From an uncultured Gammaproteobacteria bacterium (GTDB taxonomy: Bacteria > Patescibacteriota > Microgenomatia > UBA10105 > UBA927), in contig CAYUZE010000005.1 of assembly GCA_964449585.1 (NCBI GenBank), positions 46,596 through 110,595 of the forward strand: DNA of 64,000 nt, read 5' to 3'. The notes beneath the pieces are model-generated. The model was given only the letters and a program-made list of their open reading frames with translations. It was not told the DNA's origin and searched no databases. Position 1 is the stretch's first letter; every line of letters starts with the position of its first letter. The translations under genes and the position numbers were made by a program. This document shows, in pieces, positions 59,929-64,000 of the stretch.

Positions 59929-62101
59929 GAAGAAAAAACACCCCGGAAACGATTCCCCCGATAACAATACTGTCCGGTTGGTAGCGAAAGAGTACCGTGT
60001 GAGTGCCGGCGGGAACAATGATTGCCCGCTGGGAGAGATTGGCGGGAACGATGGGCGTTTCGGTGCCGTCAATAAATGCTTTCCATCCCGGGTAGTACGT
60101 ATCGGCGAGGACCAATAGGGCGTTTTCTTCGGAAGTGACTCGGAGGCGGATTGCGGTATCGCGTATTTCCTGCCACTCCACGGAGCCGGCACGTTGATAC
60201 GCCGCCGTTTTATTGTCTGCAAATGCGGCAAGTGAAGGGAATTTTTCAAACGAATGCGCTTCGAGAAGCACAGTGGTACCGGGGATAAAAGTTTCACCGG
60301 TCATCAGTGATACCGCCTCAACAAGCGTCGTCGCGCGGAGTGCGTGTCGCACGAGATAAGCGCGAGGGAGCATGTCGTTGTTGACGTAATGGGTAAGTGT
60401 TCTATCACCGTGGCGATACGTTTGTTTTTCCTGCAACATCGGGGCGTCAAGCGGGAGGAATGAAAGAATATTGCCGATATGGAACGTACTCATAACATTT
60501 GTCGCGGATACCGTGGCAATAGGGGGGCTTACAAGAATTTCATCACTAATCATGCCTTGGGTTATTGACGGGCGTTTCAGGAAGCGCCCCGCGTACACTT
60601 CCGCCTGCGGCACGCGCCAGAGCATATTGCTGTCGGGTGACATGCCCTGACGTAAAAACGCGTACACTTCCGGATTTTGCCATCCGTTTCGTATCATTTC
60701 TTCGTTGTGTACTTTCCCTTCGCCGAGGGTAAGCGTTCTTCCGGGGATCAGTTGCCGCGCGGTTACCGGTTGTTTGAGAACTTCGGAAGCGGGAGCATAT
60801 CGGTGATAGGACCACCAGGTACCGACAAGCTGCATCGTGTGCGCGACTAAGAGAAAATATATAAGGATACGGATGCTGTTTTTAAATCCCGGTCGCTGCC
60901 GTATCACATCAAGCGATATTGCGGCAATCACGACAATCGCTAGGATAACCAACCAAAGAAACCTCGATGCGACGCGAAAAAGCGTCATCGGCCACACGCT
61001 ATAAATCACATAGGTCGGCGCATACTTTCCCGCCGCCAAAAATAATGCCCCGATAAGTAGCGCATACCAAAAAAGCAGTGTGCGATGCTTTTTCAATAGG
61101 AACGCACCCCCGAGAAGCAGGAGGAGCGGCAGTGTACCGATGTAGGCGGTGTTTTCCCAAAAAATACTGCCGTCAAACTGATAAAAGGGAGGATAGCTTC
61201 CGTTCTCGGGACTTCCGAAGAAAAACGGATCGATAAAGCTCATCAGGTGCTTAATCGGCATGGAGTATGCGGTTGCAACACGGGGGGAAAATCCCGAAGG
61301 GTCGGTGCTCGCGGTAAGAAACTCGTAGGAGGGATACAGTTGTATGGCTCCCATGCCGATTCCCAGGAGTACGGCCATTGCCCAGGCACCAAGGGACGTA
61401 AAATTTCTCTTGGGAAGCAAGGTGATGAGCATGAGGCTGCCGGTAAAAAGCAACGTAAGAAAGGTCGCCTGGGGAAATCCGGCAAATATCTGTTGTGCTA
61501 CCGCAAACGCGACTCCACCAAACGGAACCGGGCGCTGGTTTTTTACGGCATACACGCTTAAATACGCAATCAGGGGAAGCATGCTCATCCCCTGCAGGAG
61601 CGTAATGTGCGTGAGTTGGGTCACCGTTAACGCGGAAAATGTCAGTGTTATCGCCGCCATCCAGCTCGCCGTGATCGATCGACCCAATATACGAATCAGG
61701 GCATAGGTGCCGATGCCGATAAAGAGAACCGCCGTAACCAAAGCAAGATTATACGCGATTACCGGAGAAAAAAATAAAAAGTAAAGAATATTCGGAAGGA
61801 ATAACGCTCCCGTTTGCCCCTCGGCGTAGAGCGGAAATCCCCCGCCTATGTCATCCCGCCACAACGGAAGGCTCAATTTCGACAGCGATTCGGAAAGTGC
61901 AAATTTCGTCGGGAAACTGAAATGCCACGCGTCGCTTCTGCCGTAATCGGGAGTGACCAGCATCTGCGGTACCGGGAAAAAAATTCGGGCAAAAAAAACG
62001 AGAACGACAAGCACCAGCACCGTAACCGCAATAAGATCCGCCCGAGACCTTTTCATCGTGCGTGTAGTGTACTTACTTTCGCCGTTTGTCGCAACGCCCA
62101 T
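59822..62101 (-). CDS. YfhO-family polytopic membrane protein (GT-C-like glycosyltransferase)
   Basis: About 760 aa, 13 or more TM helices plus large extracytoplasmic C-terminal domain, as in YfhO-like proteins; 3' end overlaps the convergent upstream gene. Confidence 0.5.
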   Translation of the reverse strand: MGVATNGESKYTTRTMKRSRADLIAVTVLVLVVLVFFARIFFPVPQMLVTPDYGRSDAWHFSFPTKFALSESLSKLSLPLWRDDIGGGFPLYAEGQTGALFLPNILYFLFFSPVIAYNLALVTAVLFIGIGTYALIRILGRSITASWMAAITLTFSALTVTQLTHITLLQGMSMLPLIAYLSVYAVKNQRPVPFGGVAFAVAQQIFAGFPQATFLTLLFTGSLMLITLLPKRNFTSLGAWAMAVLLGIGMGAIQLYPSYEFLTASTDPSGFSPRVATAYSMPIKHLMSFIDPFFFGSPENGSYPPFYQFDGSIFWENTAYIGTLPLLLLLGGAFLLKKHRTLLFWYALLIGALFLAAGKYAPTYVIYSVWPMTLFRVASRFLWLVILAIVVIAAISLDVIRQRPGFKNSIRILIYFLLVAHTMQLVGTWWSYHRYAPASEVLKQPVTARQLIPGRTLTLGEGKVHNEEMIRNGWQNPEVYAFLRQGMSPDSNMLWRVPQAEVYAGRFLKRPSITQGMISDEILVSPPIATVSATNVMSTFHIGNILSFLPLDAPMLQEKQTYRHGDRTLTHYVNNDMLPRAYLVRHALRATTLVEAVSLMTGETFIPGTTVLLEAHSFEKFPSLAAFADNKTAAYQRAGSVEWQEIRDTAIRLRVTSEENALLVLADTYYPGWKAFIDGTETPIVPANLSQRAIIVPAGTHTVLFRYQPDSIVIGGIVSGVFFLLTVSLMAVRLPVSVSHIRKKSPAHALHRPYTRRRR

Positions 62102-62135
62102 TGAATGTTTGGTACTATTTGCGGATACTTAACAT

Positions 62136-62885
62136 ATGCTCGAAGGAATCGTGTTTGTTTTTGGTCTCGTCATCGGCTCGTTCTTAAATGTGGTCATCGA
62201 CAGACTTCCCCGTGAAGAAAATATCGTATGGGAACGTTCCCGATGCGACCATTGCAAAAAACAGCTCCGCTGGTTTGAGCTTATTCCCGTGGTTTCCTAT
62301 CTGTTACTTGGGGGGAGATGCCTCCGGTGTAAGAAGCGCCTTTCTCTTCAGTATCCTTTGGTTGAGCTGGTAAGTGGCATGGGGTTTGTCGCACTTTTTC
62401 TTGGCTCCCAACCCTCGATACCGCTCGCGTTACCGATAATCGTCTTTTGCCTGTTACTGGCGTTTTTTGTCATAGACCTTAAACATCAGATATTGCCGGA
62501 TCAAATTATGATCCTGCTTTTTATGGTCACCGCCGTCATGGGGTATTTTGTGTCGCCCGAACAGCGGATAACCCACTTTTTATCAGGGATGGGCGCAGGT
62601 GCTTTTTTTCTTCTGTTATGGCTTGTCACCAAAGGACGCGGCATCGGTTTCGGCGATGTGAAGTTAGCCTTCATTCTCGGATTTCTTTTGGGATATCCGT
62701 CAATCATCATTAGCCTCTATATCGCTTTCTTGACCGGGGCTATAGCGGGTGTCATACTGATATTGAGTCGTAAGGCAAGAATGAAAACACGGATTGCGTT
62801 CGGACCCTTTCTCATTTCGGGCGCATTTGCTACATGGTTGTGGGGAGAAACGTTATGGTCGATGTGGCAATCATTACTCGTATGA
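62136..62885 (+). CDS. pilD: Prepilin peptidase (A24 family) PilD
   Basis: N-terminal CxxC...CxxC Zn motif (CDHC...CLRC), catalytic Asp context FGDVKLAFILG. Confidence 0.85.
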   Translation: MLEGIVFVFGLVIGSFLNVVIDRLPREENIVWERSRCDHCKKQLRWFELIPVVSYLLLGGRCLRCKKRLSLQYPLVELVSGMGFVALFLGSQPSIPLALPIIVFCLLLAFFVIDLKHQILPDQIMILLFMVTAVMGYFVSPEQRITHFLSGMGAGAFFLLLWLVTKGRGIGFGDVKLAFILGFLLGYPSIIISLYIAFLTGAIAGVILILSRKARMKTRIAFGPFLISGAFATWLWGETLWSMWQSLLV

Positions 62886-63364
62886 ACTATTTTGACGCGG
62901 GGAGTAAGCGACGGCAGATCGGAGGTTTCTCGTTGGTGGAACTCCTTGTTTCGGTCTCCATTATCGCCATTCTTATTGCCATCGGCATCGCTTCTTACGC
63001 GACGATCAATAAGCAATCGAGGGATGCCAAGCGCAAAAGCGATCTCGAACAGATCCGGGCGGCGCTCGAAATGTATCGTGCGGACAACGGGTATTACCCG
63101 TCTGCCGGGAGCGGCAGTTGGGTTGCGGCATCAAGCACCACCGATACGTTAATAGGACTTACTCCGGCCCTTGTATCAACCTATATTCCCGTTATACCGA
63201 CGGATCCCAAAGCATCGCAGAGTTATATGTACATCGCAAGAAATGCGGTTGCGGGAGTCTACTATGCGTATTGTTTGAGCGCTGCGTTGGAGTCGGAAAA
63301 CCCTACGGACACCTGCACCACCTCGTTACCGACGGGGCATAATTACGGCTTGAAAAATCCATGA
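62882..63364 (+). CDS. Prepilin-type N-terminal cleavage/methylation domain protein (minor pilin/pseudopilin)
   Basis: Leader ...RRQIGG|FSLVELLVSVSIIAIL; ATGA overlap with pilD. Confidence 0.65.
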   Translation: MNYFDAGSKRRQIGGFSLVELLVSVSIIAILIAIGIASYATINKQSRDAKRKSDLEQIRAALEMYRADNGYYPSAGSGSWVAASSTTDTLIGLTPALVSTYIPVIPTDPKASQSYMYIARNAVAGVYYAYCLSAALESENPTDTCTTSLPTGHNYGLKNP

Positions 63365-63828
63365 GGAAGCAAGGATTTACCCTCGTTGAATTGCTGATTG
63401 TCGTTACCATATTAGTAACACTCCTGGGCGTCGGGCTGGCGAGCTTTAATTCCTTCAACCGTCGGGAACGGCTTAAGCAGGCGGCGCTTACCTTAAAATC
63501 GAACCTCCGTTTCGCCCAGACGAAATCCATCTCCGTTGAAAAGCCGGACAGCGGATGCACCGAATTTGTGGGAATGACCGTCCGTTTTACCGCGACAACC
63601 TATGCGGTTTCCCACACGTGTACCCCTGAGGGGGATGTCGGAGATGCGGAAACGGTAACCCTTAGCGGTGCAACCTTCTCCCCTATTCCGTCGGCCTTTA
63701 CCTTTGTATCCCGTTCGAATTCCTTAAGCCCTGCGGCCACACAGACAATTACGCTTATGAACGGTTCTGAATCGTATGTGTTGACGGTGGCTGCAAACGG
63801 AAGCGTCAGTGACGGAGGGTTTCAATGA
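63361..63828 (+). CDS. Prepilin-type protein (minor pilin)
   Basis: MRKQG|FTLVELLIVVTIL. Confidence 0.65.
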   Translation: MRKQGFTLVELLIVVTILVTLLGVGLASFNSFNRRERLKQAALTLKSNLRFAQTKSISVEKPDSGCTEFVGMTVRFTATTYAVSHTCTPEGDVGDAETVTLSGATFSPIPSAFTFVSRSNSLSPAATQTITLMNGSESYVLTVAANGSVSDGGFQ

Positions 63829-64000
63829 CACGCGCACGACGAGGTGAACAGGGACAGACGCTCCTTGAGATCGTCGTCGCCGTCGGTGTTATAGCCCTTG
63901 TCTTGACCGCCCTGGTTACTGCCGTAACCGCCTCGCTCCGTTTTAGCCAGGCGGGTAGATATCGGAGTCAGGCGGTGAAATACGCCCAAGAAGGTATTGA
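63825..64000 (+). CDS. Prepilin-type protein (partial, runs off window end)
   Basis: MTRARRGEQG|QTLLEIVVAVGV. Confidence 0.5.
   Translation, partial: MTRARRGEQGQTLLEIVVAVGVIALVLTALVTAVTASLRFSQAGRYRSQAVKYAQEGI

Overview
This window looks like a compact, roughly 50-55% GC bacterial chromosome segment with strong Candidate Phyla Radiation (Patescibacteria) hallmarks. All identifications below come from reading the translated ORFs and the raw sequence by eye. No searches were run, and motif coordinates may be off by 1-2 nt. Main content, in order:
- Archaeal-type form III RuBisCO next to a ribose-1,5-bisphosphate isomerase (the nucleoside-salvage pair described for CPR).
- A conserved rpsF-ssb-rpsR block.
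- A domain-1-less RF1 directly downstream of rpmE (L31).
- Core housekeeping genes: ychF, hisS, dnaB, tgt, yebC, ddl, folD, gyrB-ppa-gyrA-holB, ctpA, htrA, pepP, lgt and tRNA-Leu(CAA).
- A type IV pilus cluster at the 3' end: pilB-pilT-pilC-pilin, two GT-C-like membrane glycosyltransferases, pilD, then three minor pilins.
Most notable accessory content:
- A roughly 6.1-kb low-GC (by eye about 35-40%) integrated element at about 6606-12757. It ends in a large serine recombinase whose 3' end overlaps the ychF start. It is flanked by an imperfect direct repeat (ATGAAnnTGAAAGTAGG) that duplicates the ychF 5' end. Its cargo is an XRE-controlled module (small membrane protein plus AlbA_2/Schlafen-like protein), a membrane coiled-coil protein coupled to an 85-aa ORF, a stand-alone receiver domain, and an RHH-like protein. 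This is a candidate defense or abortive-infection island.
- A roughly 1.25-kb noncoding, repeat-dense region at 38710-39984 next to a 2H-phosphoesterase-like gene and a Xer-type tyrosine recombinase. It contains iteron-like tandem repeats, one DnaA-box-like motif, hairpins, and three copies of a roughly 45-nt element. That element shares sequence words with noncoding DNA inside the integrated element.
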